64,000 nucleotides of DNA from NCBI GenBank assembly GCA_963815115.1, contig CAWFFN010000009.1, positions 608,001 to 672,000 on the forward strand, in the 5' to 3' direction. Position numbers and translations under genes: made by a program. The stretch is from an uncultured delta proteobacterium. Lineage in GTDB: Bacteria; Desulfobacterota; Binatia; DP-6. Of the stretch, positions 39,361-52,856 are shown one piece after another; position 1 is the stretch's first letter; every line of letters starts with the position of its first letter. The notes beneath the pieces are model-generated. The model searched no databases, was not told the origin of the DNA, and worked only from the letters and a program-made list of their open reading frames with translations.

Positions 39361-39629
39361 ACGCCCCTCGGCCCGTAGCCCAGGATTCCGTTCTCCGTAC
39401 GACGGGACAGGCGGCGACCAAGCTGCCCGCGGGGTACCCGGGGCCACACCTCGTGCTCGAGGAACTCCCGCAGATGCGCGGCGCGGTCCTGGCGCACGAC
39501 CCGGAGGGCGAGACGTTCGCGGCGCTCCGCGAGGGCGCGGCGGACGGCCTCCGTCTTGGTTTCTCCCGCGAGCCGTGCGACTTCGTCCACGAGGCGCTCG
39601 ACGTCGGCATTTTTGATGTTGAGCGGCAC
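39357..39629 (-). CDS. vapB: VapB antitoxin (Rv0623-like)
   Basis: LNIKNADVERL..LAGETKTEAVRRAL..ILGYGPRGV. Confidence 0.88.
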   Translation of the reverse strand: MPLNIKNADVERLVDEVARLAGETKTEAVRRALAERRERLALRVVRQDRAAHLREFLEHEVWPRVPRGQLGRRLSRRTENGILGYGPRGV

Positions 39630-39777
39630 GGGACGCACTATTCCACCAGGCCAGCTGTTATCAACCATGGTGGATCACGGCTGGCACCACGTCCGACTGC
39701 CGACCGCCGCCCGCGGGCGATCGGCGCTCGACGCTCGGGTGGCGCCCGTCCTCCGACTGCGCTACGGCTTGCCCGCC

Positions 39778-40575
39778 ATGCCCGTCACGGTCGCCATCAT
39801 CCCGGCGCGGCATCGCTCCACCCGGCTCCCGGGAAAGGCGCTCGCCGACATCGCGGGCCGTCCCATGGTGTGGCACGTCGCGCAGCGGGCGCTGCGGGCG
39901 CGCGGCATCGCGCGCGTCATCGTGGCGACCGACGACCCCCTCATCGGCGACGCCGTGGCGGGGATGGGGGTCGACGTGGCGCTCACCAGCCCCCAGCACC
40001 CGACCGGGACCGATCGGCTCGCCGAGGTGGCGCGCGGACTCGACGCCGACGTCGTGCTGAACGTCCAGGGCGACCTGCCGCTCCTCGACCCGGCAATGGT
40101 CGAGGCGCTCGCCGCCCGCATGACGGACGATGCCGGCCTGGCCATGGCCACGGTGGCGACGGCGCTGCACGACGAGAAGGAATGGCGCTCGCCGCACGTC
40201 GTGAAGGTGGTGGTCGACGCCGGCGCTCGGGCTCTCTACTTCTCGCGCAGCCCGATCCCGTACGACCGGGACGGCGTGCGGGCGGCGGGCGAGCCCTTCG
40301 GCTGGCGTCACGTGGGGATGTACGCCTACCGCCGCGACGTGCTGCTCCGGCTGGCGGCGCTGCCGCCGTCTCCGCTCGAGCGCCGGGAGCAGCTCGAGCA
40401 GCTGCGGGCGCTCGAGCACGGCATCGCCATCGGCGTGGTCACGTGGACGGGCACGGCACCGCTCATCGAGGTCGACACGCGGGAGGATCTCGAGCGCGCG
40501 CGCGCGGCCATGCAGGCCGATGCGCACGAGGCCGCGGGCCCGCGCGCGGCGTGCGTCAAGCCCGAAGACTCCTGA
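39778..40575 (+). CDS. kdsB: 3-deoxy-manno-octulosonate cytidylyltransferase
   Basis: IIPAR..STRLPGKAL, TGTDRLAE, NVQGD, LYFSRSPIP, EQLEQLRALE. Confidence 0.95.
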   Translation: MPVTVAIIPARHRSTRLPGKALADIAGRPMVWHVAQRALRARGIARVIVATDDPLIGDAVAGMGVDVALTSPQHPTGTDRLAEVARGLDADVVLNVQGDLPLLDPAMVEALAARMTDDAGLAMATVATALHDEKEWRSPHVVKVVVDAGARALYFSRSPIPYDRDGVRAAGEPFGWRHVGMYAYRRDVLLRLAALPPSPLERREQLEQLRALEHGIAIGVVTWTGTAPLIEVDTREDLERARAAMQADAHEAAGPRAACVKPEDS

Positions 40576-40581
40576 CCCGGG

Positions 40582-42174
40582 TCAGCGGTCCGGGGGCGCG
40601 GCGCCGGGGCCGTCGAGCACCAGCACGGCGAACTCGCCCGCCGGCAGGCTGCGCCCCGTGCGGGCGCCGAGCGCCGCGCCGAGGGCGGGTGCCACCTGCG
40701 CCGCCGTGACGAGGTAGCGGATGTGCTGGCCGTCGACCAGCTCGGCGAGCTGCTCGGCCGTCGTGCGCCCGCCGACGGCGTTCTGCGCTTCCTGGGCGCG
40801 CTGCGCGAACTGTGGCGTGAGGAACCAGTGGCCGGCGTAGACGCGGTGGTCGGTGTAGGCGGGGATGTAGTTGCCGAGATCGGGAGGCGCGAGCACGTTG
40901 CCGGCGGGCAGAGTCGCGAGCACGTCCAGCGCCTGCAGGCCCGACTGCCGGATGCGGTGCGTCTCGACCTCGTCGATGCACTTGGCCGTCAGCGCGAGCG
41001 GCGCCTGGAAGAGCAGGATCAGCAGCCCGGCCGCCCATGCCAGCCCGGACGGGCGGGCGCGCAGGCGATCGAGCGTGCGCGTGAGCGCCGGCGCCGCCGC
41101 CAGGCAGAGCGGCGGCCAGAGGTGAAACACGAAGTGGTAGCCGTTCAGCACGGTCGAGGTGTGCAGGACGAGGACGGCGAGCGTCCAGGCGCCAACGCCG
41201 AGGCGTCCCGTCTCGCCGTCCGCGATCCATCTCCGCCAGCCTCGCACGGCGAAGAGGCCCACGACCCCGAGCGTCACGGGATACCAGAAGATCGACAGCG
41301 CCTGCGGCCCGAGCATGCTGTCGGACGACGCACGGTAGACCGCGTCGCCGCTCTGCCACGCGGAAAGCGACGCGGCGACGAGCGCCCCCGGCACGAGTCC
41401 GGCCGCGATCCATCCCGCGCCCGCGAGCCCACCCGGGATCTCGAGGAGCCACGCGACGGCGGGTCGGGCGATCGCGACGGCGAGGACGACGACGGCCGAG
41501 TAGGGATGCACGAGGACGAGCGCGACGAAGCCGGCGCCGAGACGAACGGCGTCGCCCGCTCCCGCAGGACCCGCGCGGCGCACCAGCGGCACCAAGGCGA
41601 CCAGCGTCAGCGCGAGGGCGGCCACCCACAGGGGATTGTAGGACGCGGCGAACGTGTTCCAGCCCTGGAGGTGCCAGAGATCCTGGTTGACCTGCCACTG
41701 GATCTGCCCGGGAAGATGCGGCACGAGCCGGTCGGCCACGGCCTCGAGTCCCCCGGCAAGCATCACGAGCCAGCAGGCAACCACGCGCTCGCGGCGCTGA
41801 TCGAGGACGACGCCGGTGATGTGCCATACGGCACCGAGCAGGAGGAAGAGCAGCGGCACGCGGGACAGCTCCAGCACCGTGAAGGGGCTCGCGCCGGTCC
41901 ACCGCGAGACGGCGCCGAGCACATCGAAGAACGCTGGCAAGTAGCGACCGTCCTGCGGCGCCGTGGTGAACGGATTCGCCAGGAGCCAGTGTCCCCCCGC
42001 CGCCTCCCGCACGAACGCCGTGTAGGCGAGCCAGTCCTTCGGGTTGTAGCCGATGGGCGGCAGGACGCCGCCGGCCGTCGGCGCTCCGCCGAGCGACGCC
42101 GCCCACGGCAGCGCGCGCAGGACGGCGGAGATGGCGGGCGCGAGCCAGAGCGTCCAGGGTGGCCGGTCCGTCAC
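40582..42174 (-). CDS. Polytopic membrane protein, possibly GT-C glycosyltransferase-like
   Basis: About 12 hydrophobic segments; NPKDWLAY..NPFT loop, HPY, C-terminal GNYIPAYT..VYAGHW. Confidence 0.55.
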   Translation of the reverse strand: MTDRPPWTLWLAPAISAVLRALPWAASLGGAPTAGGVLPPIGYNPKDWLAYTAFVREAAGGHWLLANPFTTAPQDGRYLPAFFDVLGAVSRWTGASPFTVLELSRVPLLFLLLGAVWHITGVVLDQRRERVVACWLVMLAGGLEAVADRLVPHLPGQIQWQVNQDLWHLQGWNTFAASYNPLWVAALALTLVALVPLVRRAGPAGAGDAVRLGAGFVALVLVHPYSAVVVLAVAIARPAVAWLLEIPGGLAGAGWIAAGLVPGALVAASLSAWQSGDAVYRASSDSMLGPQALSIFWYPVTLGVVGLFAVRGWRRWIADGETGRLGVGAWTLAVLVLHTSTVLNGYHFVFHLWPPLCLAAAPALTRTLDRLRARPSGLAWAAGLLILLFQAPLALTAKCIDEVETHRIRQSGLQALDVLATLPAGNVLAPPDLGNYIPAYTDHRVYAGHWFLTPQFAQRAQEAQNAVGGRTTAEQLAELVDGQHIRYLVTAAQVAPALGAALGARTGRSLPAGEFAVLVLDGPGAAPPDR

Positions 42175-42245
42175 GGCGTCCCCGGCTACGTCCCGCCGCG
42201 GCGCGCTGTCAAGGAACGATGCTGCCGCGCCGTGCCGAAAAGCGA

Positions 42246-42277
42246 AGCCCCCGGGTCCCATTCGAGACCCGGGGGCT
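42246..42277 (-). terminator. Rho-independent terminator
   Basis: AGCCCCCGGGTC/GACCCGGGGGCT 12-bp stem, T-run on minus strand. Confidence 0.75.
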
Positions 42278-42305
42278 CCTGATCGAATCTGGACCTAGCT
42301 AGACG

Positions 42306-43961
42306 CTAGTTATGCGCGTTGAACGTACCCGGGAGGGATACGGCGCCAGGGCCAGGCAGGTCGGCAGCGAAGTTGACCAGCCCGTTGGCGGTCGACGCGA
42401 TGCAGAAGACGGATGCCAGCGTCGCCGTGGCGTCTGCGCCGGTGGTGATCGGGCCGGCCGCGACGCCGTTCTCGATGATGGTTTGACAGGTCGGCTGGCC
42501 GAAGCACCCATTGGTGCCGGGGCTTCCCCCCTGGCCGGGGCAGAACGTGCCGGTGGCATTGTTCGCGTTGGCAATGCCCGTGGTGAGTGGCGAGAGATCG
42601 ACCGCGATCGGGCCGACGATCGTGCCGTCCACGCAGCCGTCGTGCCCGGGGACGCCGGCCTGGCAGTCCTTCGGAGGGGCGCCGACGCCGCCGGTCAGGC
42701 AGTCACGCGTGTAGCCGAGCGAGTCCGTGGTCGTGCAGGCCTGGGTCGCACGCGGGCCGCGGTCGCAGAAGCCATGCGCCGGGCTAGCCGGGCTGCCGCT
42801 GAGGATCGCGCCGGTACCGCCGGCGCCGGCGCGGCACGCCGGGCACGGCTGCGCCACGTTGCCCGTGAGGTACGTGGTGGAGGTGAGCGAGACGTTCGTG
42901 CTCGAGGTGCCGGTGGAGAGGTCGAGCGTACCGCTCGCATTGGAGGTGAAGGTGTTCAGCACGCAGGTGGTCAGGTTGGGCAGGGACGTGTTGGGGATCG
43001 GCAGCGGCGTGCCGAAGTTGCAGCCCGTGGCCGTGCAGTCGGGGGCCGAGCTGTTCACGGGAGGCGTGGTGTTCGTCGAGGAGATCGTGCAGCTCGTTCC
43101 CACGCAGGCCAGAGCGAAGCGGCTCTGCGAGCCGTCGGGCGTCGGGCCCTCTCCCACGGTCGAGGCGCCGCCCCCGATGTTGAGACCACCGCAATGGAGG
43201 GTCTTGATCACAGTGTTGGACCCGTCCCGCGCCGAACCGCAGGTGCCACCCGGGAGGCCGTTGGCGAAGTCGAGGATGGTCGGGGGCGGCGGCGGGGTCG
43301 TCAGGTTGAAGATGTCGAGCGCGAAGGCGTCGACCTTGGCCTCCATGGCAGCGACGTCGATGGGGGTCAGGCAGTCGTTCGGGACCTTCGCATAGAGCTT
43401 CGCGAAGCAGCCCTTCGTCGGGTCGGCGCCGCCGTCGAACTTGTCCGTTGCCTTCTGGAGGCAGGCGGGGTCGACCGGGAGGTTCTTGCCGGCCGCCTTG
43501 TTGTAGCAGCCGAGCACCGCCTTCACCTTGTTGGCGACGCACTTCTTCTTGCCCGCCGAGCACTTGCTCAGCACGGGCGCCGGGTAGCCGGGATCGAGCT
43601 CTTGCACCACGTCGAGCACGAAGGCGTCCGACTTGTTCTCGAGGAGCGCGATGAATCCGCTACCACTGGTCGGGCAGGGCGACTTCACCAGGTCCTTCTC
43701 GGCCTTGTCCATGCAGCCCTTGGCCGGGAGCGTGAACTTCTGCTCGGCCTTCGTGATGCATGCCGGATCGACCGGCACGTTCTTGCCCTCGGCCTTGTTG
43801 TGACAGCCGAGGAAGGCGGTGGCCTTGCCGTTGACGCACTTGATCTGCGCCGCGCTACACTTGAACGTGGTCGGCGGCCCGGCCGCCTGCGCGCCGATCG
43901 CGCCGAGCAGGAGCGCCGCCGCCGACAGCGTGGCCGCCCCGTACATCGAGAATCTCTTCAT
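42306..43961 (-). CDS. Secreted Cys-rich protein, paralog 1
   Basis: Signal peptide; two Lys/Cys repeats; shared C-terminal domain CGGLNIGGG...NGLVNFAADLPGPGAVSLPGTF. Confidence 0.85.
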   Translation of the reverse strand: MKRFSMYGAATLSAAALLLGAIGAQAAGPPTTFKCSAAQIKCVNGKATAFLGCHNKAEGKNVPVDPACITKAEQKFTLPAKGCMDKAEKDLVKSPCPTSGSGFIALLENKSDAFVLDVVQELDPGYPAPVLSKCSAGKKKCVANKVKAVLGCYNKAAGKNLPVDPACLQKATDKFDGGADPTKGCFAKLYAKVPNDCLTPIDVAAMEAKVDAFALDIFNLTTPPPPPTILDFANGLPGGTCGSARDGSNTVIKTLHCGGLNIGGGASTVGEGPTPDGSQSRFALACVGTSCTISSTNTTPPVNSSAPDCTATGCNFGTPLPIPNTSLPNLTTCVLNTFTSNASGTLDLSTGTSSTNVSLTSTTYLTGNVAQPCPACRAGAGGTGAILSGSPASPAHGFCDRGPRATQACTTTDSLGYTRDCLTGGVGAPPKDCQAGVPGHDGCVDGTIVGPIAVDLSPLTTGIANANNATGTFCPGQGGSPGTNGCFGQPTCQTIIENGVAAGPITTGADATATLASVFCIASTANGLVNFAADLPGPGAVSLPGTFNAHN

Positions 43962-44243
43962 ACCTTGACCCCCCTCGTTTTTCTTGTGTTGGTTTGGTGA
44001 ATCGACGTCTGACAGCGCGAGGTGTAAACCTGACCGGCGTTCGGCGTCAAGCAGCTTTTTCGAGAATTTGCATTCGCCTGAGACATCCCGCCCTTCCAGC
44101 GCGTCGCCGCGAGTATGGCAGGGGCTATACCCTCGAAAGTCTTGACAACCAGGGCGCCTCAGGCCATGTCAAACTGTACGGACCTGCGCCTCGCTGAACC
44201 GCCCGATCGCGATCCACCACCTCTCTCTGAGTAAGGAGATTCC

Positions 44244-45737
44244 ATGCGATTCCTCCCGTGTAGCTGTAGCTTCCTCGCGCTGCTGGCGCTTCTCGCCGCT
44301 GCGCCCTCGACGAGCCGCGCCGCCGTCTGCTCCGACACGTCGGGCTTCGCGGCCGCGATGGAAGCCGTCGAGGCGGCCGTGCCCTGCGACGGCGCGGCCA
44401 AGCATGCGAAGTACGTGAAGTCGGCGAAGAAGGCGCTCGGTGGCGCACTCTCGGGGGCCTGCAAGAAGGCCTTCGTGAAGCGCTTCATCGCGAATTCCAC
44501 GTGTGGCCGGGGTGGGTTCGAGGTCTGCTGCCAGGTCAACAAGAAAGGCAAGGACGTCAGCAAGGTCGTGAAGATCGGCAAGTGCAAGGGGACGACCTGC
44601 AGCGAACAGGCGCCGACCAGCGTCGGCGAGGGCTGCACGTCGAACGGCCTGTGCGCCACCACGACGACCACCAGCACGACGACCACCACGCTCAATGCGC
44701 CGGCGACCACCACGACGACGTCGTCCACCACCACGACGACGTGCCCCGGCGGCGTCTGCGTGCAGCTCAACCTCGACTTCACCAACGGTGCCGCCGGCGG
44801 CCAGTGTGGCACGGCGACGGACGCCTCCAACGCCGTCGTCAAGACTCTCACCTGCGGCGGCCTCAACATCGGCGGTGGCGCAACGACCATCCAGGAAGGC
44901 CCCACGCCCGACGGCGCGACGAACCGCTTCATGGTGAGCTGCGCCGACGTCAACTCGGTCTGCTCGCTCGCGCCGTACACGACCCCGCCTCCCGTCAACA
45001 GCGCTGCGCCGGACTGCAGCACCACGGGCTGCAACTTCGGCACGCCGCTGGAGATCCCGAATCCGAATCTGGCCAATCTCACGGTGTGTGTGCTGAACTC
45101 GTTCGCGGCGCCGGCGAGCGGCACCCTGAGCCTGGTCGACGGCACGTCGAGCACGAACGTATCCCTCACGTCCGACAACTACATCACGGGCAACCTGGCC
45201 CAGCCCTGTCCGCGATGCCGCGCCGACGCCGGTGGCACCGGCACGATCGTCAGCGGTAGCCAGGCCGCGCCTGCAACCGGATTCTGCGACCGTGGTCCGC
45301 GTACGGGTCAGGCGTGTACCTCGACGAACTCGATCGGCCTGACGCGCGACTGCCCGACCGGGGGTGCGGGGCCTGGCCTTCCGTGCGGGCCTTCCGACAA
45401 GTGCATCGACGGTACGCACGTGGGGCCGATCAGCGTCGACCTCACCCCGCTCTCCACGGGCACTGCAAGCAAGACCGACCCGGCCGGCAACTTCTGCCCC
45501 GGTCAGGGCGGAACGCCCGGGTCGCCGGGCTGCTTCGCTCAGCCGACGTGTCGCACGATCACCGAGACCGGCAAGCCCGCCGTCGGCCCGATCACGATCG
45601 GCACGCCGGCGAGCGCCACGCTCGCCTCGGTGTTCTGCATCGCGGCAACGCCCAACGGCCTGGTGAACTTCGCAGCCGATCTGCCGGGTCCCGGAGCCAC
45701 CAGCCTGCCGGGCACGTTCATGACCAGCGAGCCCTGA
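44244..45737 (+). CDS. Secreted Cys-rich protein, paralog 2
   Basis: RBS TAAGGAG; signal peptide, different N-domain, poly-Thr linker, same C-terminal domain. Confidence 0.85.
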   Translation: MRFLPCSCSFLALLALLAAAPSTSRAAVCSDTSGFAAAMEAVEAAVPCDGAAKHAKYVKSAKKALGGALSGACKKAFVKRFIANSTCGRGGFEVCCQVNKKGKDVSKVVKIGKCKGTTCSEQAPTSVGEGCTSNGLCATTTTTSTTTTTLNAPATTTTTSSTTTTTCPGGVCVQLNLDFTNGAAGGQCGTATDASNAVVKTLTCGGLNIGGGATTIQEGPTPDGATNRFMVSCADVNSVCSLAPYTTPPPVNSAAPDCSTTGCNFGTPLEIPNPNLANLTVCVLNSFAAPASGTLSLVDGTSSTNVSLTSDNYITGNLAQPCPRCRADAGGTGTIVSGSQAAPATGFCDRGPRTGQACTSTNSIGLTRDCPTGGAGPGLPCGPSDKCIDGTHVGPISVDLTPLSTGTASKTDPAGNFCPGQGGTPGSPGCFAQPTCRTITETGKPAVGPITIGTPASATLASVFCIAATPNGLVNFAADLPGPGATSLPGTFMTSEP

Positions 45738-45760
45738 TCGGGCTGTAGGAAGCCGGCACG

Positions 45761-45799
45761 AAAGGGCCGGAAGCCTTCGGGCTTCCGGCCTTTTCTTTT
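45761..45799 (+). terminator. Rho-independent terminator
   Basis: GGCCGGAAGCC-TTCG-GGCTTCCGGCC then TTTTCTTTT. Confidence 0.92.
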
Positions 45800-46084
45800 G
45801 TCGGGAACCGGCGGCCCCGACGTCGACATCTGTCATTCGGCAAGCGGCCCCCGGGCCCTTTCCTTTTCCAGTCGGCGCAGTACCGCGCTGTCAGCCCTGC
45901 GGGTCGCCCTCCGAGAGTCCGCGCTGGAGCACGTGCGCTCCCCGGCTGACACCAGGCGGGATTCCGTCGATTTGTTCTTCCGTCGATTGCGAGACCTGTG
46001 GTAGCCCAGAGCCGAGACAGTCGAAGCGACTTTGTCAGATTCACGGACCGGACCGATCGGACCAACATCTAGGGGGGGGCTACC

Positions 46085-47872
46085 ATGGTCCAGAAGCGAA
46101 CCGCGACGTTCCTGTCCACCGTGGCCGCGCTGTGTCTGCTGAGCGGCGGGGCGTGGGCGGCGCAGAGCAAGTGCATCGTCAGCAAGAACAAGTGCATGTC
46201 GAAGAAGGCCGGCTCGCTGCTGAAATGCCACCAGAAGGCGGAGACGCCGGGCAAGTCGACCGATCCCAATTTCGGCGGCTGCGTCGACAAGGCCAAAGGG
46301 AAGTTCGACGGTGGCGCTGACCCGACCAAGGGCTGCTTCGAGAAGCTCGAGAACAAGTCGAACAACGACTGCATCACCTTCAACGACACGATGGCGGGCG
46401 AGACGAGCGTCGACGTCTGCGTCGACAAGATCGTGGCCGCGATAGATCCGGGCGCGGTGACTCAGACCAAGTGCGGCGTCGGCAAGAAGAAGTGCGTCGC
46501 CAAGAAGCTGAAGAGCATCCTCAAGTGCTACCAGAAGGCGGAGACGCCCGGGAAGCCGATGGACCCGAACACGGGCGGATGCATCGACAAGGCGATGGCG
46601 AAGTACGACGGCGGCGGCGATCCGTCGAAGGGCTGCTTCGTCAAGCTGGAGCAGAAGAACGGCAACGACTGCGTGGCGCCGATCGGCAACCAGGGCGCGC
46701 TCGAGGACATCGTCGACTCGTGCGCCGGCGCCTTCGTCGCGATCATCGAGACCCCCACCACGACCACGACGACCACGACCGTCGCGACCACGAGCACGAC
46801 CACCACGACCAGCACCACCACGACCACGACGATCGCAACGACCACGACCACGACGACCACGGGCGGGACGACCACCACGACGATGGGCGGGTCGGCCGGC
46901 CCGGCCATCCTCGACTTCACCACGGGTCCCGCGGCCGGCGTCTGCGGCGAGACCCGCGATGGGTCCAACGTCCTCATCAAGAACCTCACCTGTGGTGGCC
47001 TCAACATCGGTGGTGGCGCCTCGACGGTGGCGGAAGGCCCGGTACCGAATGGCTCGACCAACCGGTTCGGGCTGAGCTGCACCGGGTCGAGCTGCACCGT
47101 CAGCTCGACCTCGACGATGCCCGCCGTCAACAGCACGCAGCCCGACTGCACCACCACGGGATGCAACTTCGGCGCGCCGCTGCCGATCCCCAACCTCTCC
47201 CTCACCAACCTAACTACCTGCGTGCTGAACACCTACCAGTCGGCGGCGGGCGGGACGCTCGATCTGTCGACCGGTGCGGCGGTGACGACCGCCGTGCTGA
47301 CGTCCGACATCTACCTCACGGGCAACGTTGGACAGCCGTGCCCCGTGTGCCGTGCCGGCGTCGGCGGTACCGGCGCAGTCCTGAGCGGCACCCCGGCCAG
47401 CCCGGCGACGGGCTTCTGCGACCGCGGCCCGCGTGCGACCATGGCCTGCACCACCACGAACACGCAGGGCCTTTCGCGTGACTGCCTGACGGGCGGCGCC
47501 AATGGCGCGCACCCCTGCATGGCCGGCTCGCCTGGCAATGATAGCTGCATCGACGGCACGCACGTCGGTCCGATCACCGTGAACCTGTCGCCGCTCACCA
47601 CCACCACCACCACGGTGACCAATGCGATGGGTAACTTCTGCCCCCTCCAGGGCGGAAACCCCGGGGCGCCCGGGTGCTTCGGCTCGGGAACGTGCCGCAC
47701 CATCACCGAGAACGGCTCGCCGGCCGGCCCGATGACGACCGGAGTGCCGGCGAACGTGACTCTCGCATACGTCTTCTGCATCACCGCCACTCCGAACGGA
47801 CTGGTGAACTTCGCAGCCGACCTGCCCGGCCCGGGCGCGGTGTCTCTGCCCGGTACGTTCACGGCGAACTGA
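46085..47872 (+). CDS. Secreted Cys-rich protein, paralog 3
   Basis: Signal peptide; two Lys/Cys repeats (KCxxxKxKCxxKK...KFDGGADPTKGCF), long poly-Thr, same C-terminal domain. Confidence 0.85.
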   Translation: MVQKRTATFLSTVAALCLLSGGAWAAQSKCIVSKNKCMSKKAGSLLKCHQKAETPGKSTDPNFGGCVDKAKGKFDGGADPTKGCFEKLENKSNNDCITFNDTMAGETSVDVCVDKIVAAIDPGAVTQTKCGVGKKKCVAKKLKSILKCYQKAETPGKPMDPNTGGCIDKAMAKYDGGGDPSKGCFVKLEQKNGNDCVAPIGNQGALEDIVDSCAGAFVAIIETPTTTTTTTTVATTSTTTTTSTTTTTTIATTTTTTTTGGTTTTTMGGSAGPAILDFTTGPAAGVCGETRDGSNVLIKNLTCGGLNIGGGASTVAEGPVPNGSTNRFGLSCTGSSCTVSSTSTMPAVNSTQPDCTTTGCNFGAPLPIPNLSLTNLTTCVLNTYQSAAGGTLDLSTGAAVTTAVLTSDIYLTGNVGQPCPVCRAGVGGTGAVLSGTPASPATGFCDRGPRATMACTTTNTQGLSRDCLTGGANGAHPCMAGSPGNDSCIDGTHVGPITVNLSPLTTTTTTVTNAMGNFCPLQGGNPGAPGCFGSGTCRTITENGSPAGPMTTGVPANVTLAYVFCITATPNGLVNFAADLPGPGAVSLPGTFTAN

Positions 47873-47894
47873 CCTCTTCTCTCCGCCGTGGCAT

Positions 47895-47925
47895 GGCCCC
47901 GGAGCCCGAATCGGGCTCCGGGGCC
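47895..47925 (+). terminator. GC-rich hairpin after paralog 3
   Basis: GGCCCCGGAGCCCGA/TCGGGCTCCGGGGCC; no U-tract. Confidence 0.55.
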
Positions 47926-47983
47926 GGCCGCGGTGCCGCATGGAGCGGCGACCTCGCCCGACCAGGAGCGCGCCGACCTCGCG

Positions 47984-48013
47984 TTGACACACCCGAGGAG
48001 CGCCTCCTATAGT
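47984..48013 (+). promoter_or_regulatory. Sigma-70 promoter of pyrG operon
   Basis: TTGACA-N18-TATAGT. Confidence 0.75.
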
Positions 48014-48213
48014 CGAGGCCCGTAGCCAGTTCCGGAGATACGGCGCGCCCGGCGCCGTGACCGTGGCGGATGGCCGCCCACGGCTCCGAGACTGCGCTAC
48101 GGTTTTTCGTTCATGCTCCCGGTGACGGTCGCCATTCTCTCCCCGCGCGCGCCCCCCGATCTGGCCGCGGGAATGGCCCCGCTCGGCCGGGAGGAGGCCG
48201 CGGGGGAGAGTGG

Positions 48214-49892
<1,679 letters not shown>

Positions 49893-49893
49893 G

Positions 49894-51710
<1,817 letters not shown>

Positions 51711-51711
<1 letters not shown>

Positions 51712-52691
51712 TGGCCACCCATCCCGGCACGACGGCAACGCGCGAGCCGACGGTGGAGGAGCCGGCCCAGCCGAAGCGCCGGCGCTCGCTCTGGAAGCGC
51801 TTCCGCCGCGCCACCCGCGGGCCGCGCAACGCCGTGCTGGCGCGCGCCATCTGGGGAGTGGGACGTGCCGTCGGTGCGCTGCCGCCGCCGGCTGCCCTGG
51901 CGGTCGGCCGCGCGCTCGGCCGCGGCGCGCACGTGCTCCTCGGCACGCCGCGCCAGCTGGCCCGCCGGCACGTCGGCCAGGCCTTCCCGGAGCTCGACGG
52001 GGAGGCACGCGCACGGATCGTGCGTGCGACGTTCGAGCACGCCGGCGAGTCGTTCGTCGAGCTTGGCTTGTGGCGCCGCATCGCGCACGATTCCGGCTAC
52101 GTGCTCGGCAACTTCGAGGTGCTCGACGAGGCACTCGCGGAAGGGCGCGGCACGATCGCCATCACCGGCCACGTCGGCAACTGGGAGCTGCTCGCCGCCA
52201 CCGTGGCCGAGCGCGGCTATGGCCTGTCGGTGGTGGCGCGCCGCGTGAACGACGCCCGCTTCGACGCCCTGATCACGCGCTTCCGCGGCGACCGGGGCAT
52301 GGAGATCCTGGTTCGGGATGCCCCCGATTTCCTCGCCCAGGTCCGGGCGGCGCTGGCGCGAGGCCACATCGTCGCCATCCTGATGGACCAGGACAGCCGC
52401 GGCGGCGGCGTGTTCGTTCCCTTCTTCGGGCGTCCGGCGCACACCCCGCCGGGCGCGGCCGTGCTTGCGCTCCGGACGCGGGCGCCCGTCGTCACCGTCT
52501 TCATCCGGAGGCGCCGCGAGGGCGGCCACTTGATCACCTTCGAGCGGGTGCCGATCGAGCAGGGGACGGGCCGCGGCCAGCTGACGGCCCTGACCGCGCG
52601 TTTCACCGCCGCGATCGAGGCGGCCATTCGCTTGTCGCCGGCGGAATGGGTGTGGTGGCATGAGCGCTGGCGCCGCCAGCCGGACGCCTGA
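51711..52691 (+). CDS. Lipid A late acyltransferase (LpxL/HtrB family)
   Basis: TGHVGNWEL, ILMDQD, VPFFGRPA, EWVWWHERW. Confidence 0.88.
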
Positions 52692-52856
52692 GTCTCCACC
52701 GGGAGACGCCGGAGAGCGACCGCGGAAGCGGCGGGAGGGCGCAGCGGCACCTCCCTCACATCGAAGCGAGGCGAGGCGCCCCGGGCCCGACCGCCCGGGG
52801 CTCAATCTTTACTCCCTCCACCCCCCATGGTAGCTCTCGCGTCGCAGGGAGCTCCA

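Noticed and set aside
46750-46885. ACC/ACG-rich low-complexity tract as a non-coding repeat
   Set aside because: It encodes the poly-Thr linker of paralog 3.
42306-47872. Multiheme cytochromes or DGR targets
   Set aside because: No CxxCH motifs seen, no reverse transcriptase, and differences between paralogs are not adenine-specific.
52692-52826. Riboswitch or ncRNA between lpxL and lptC
   Set aside because: Only generic GC hairpins; no recognisable family motif.
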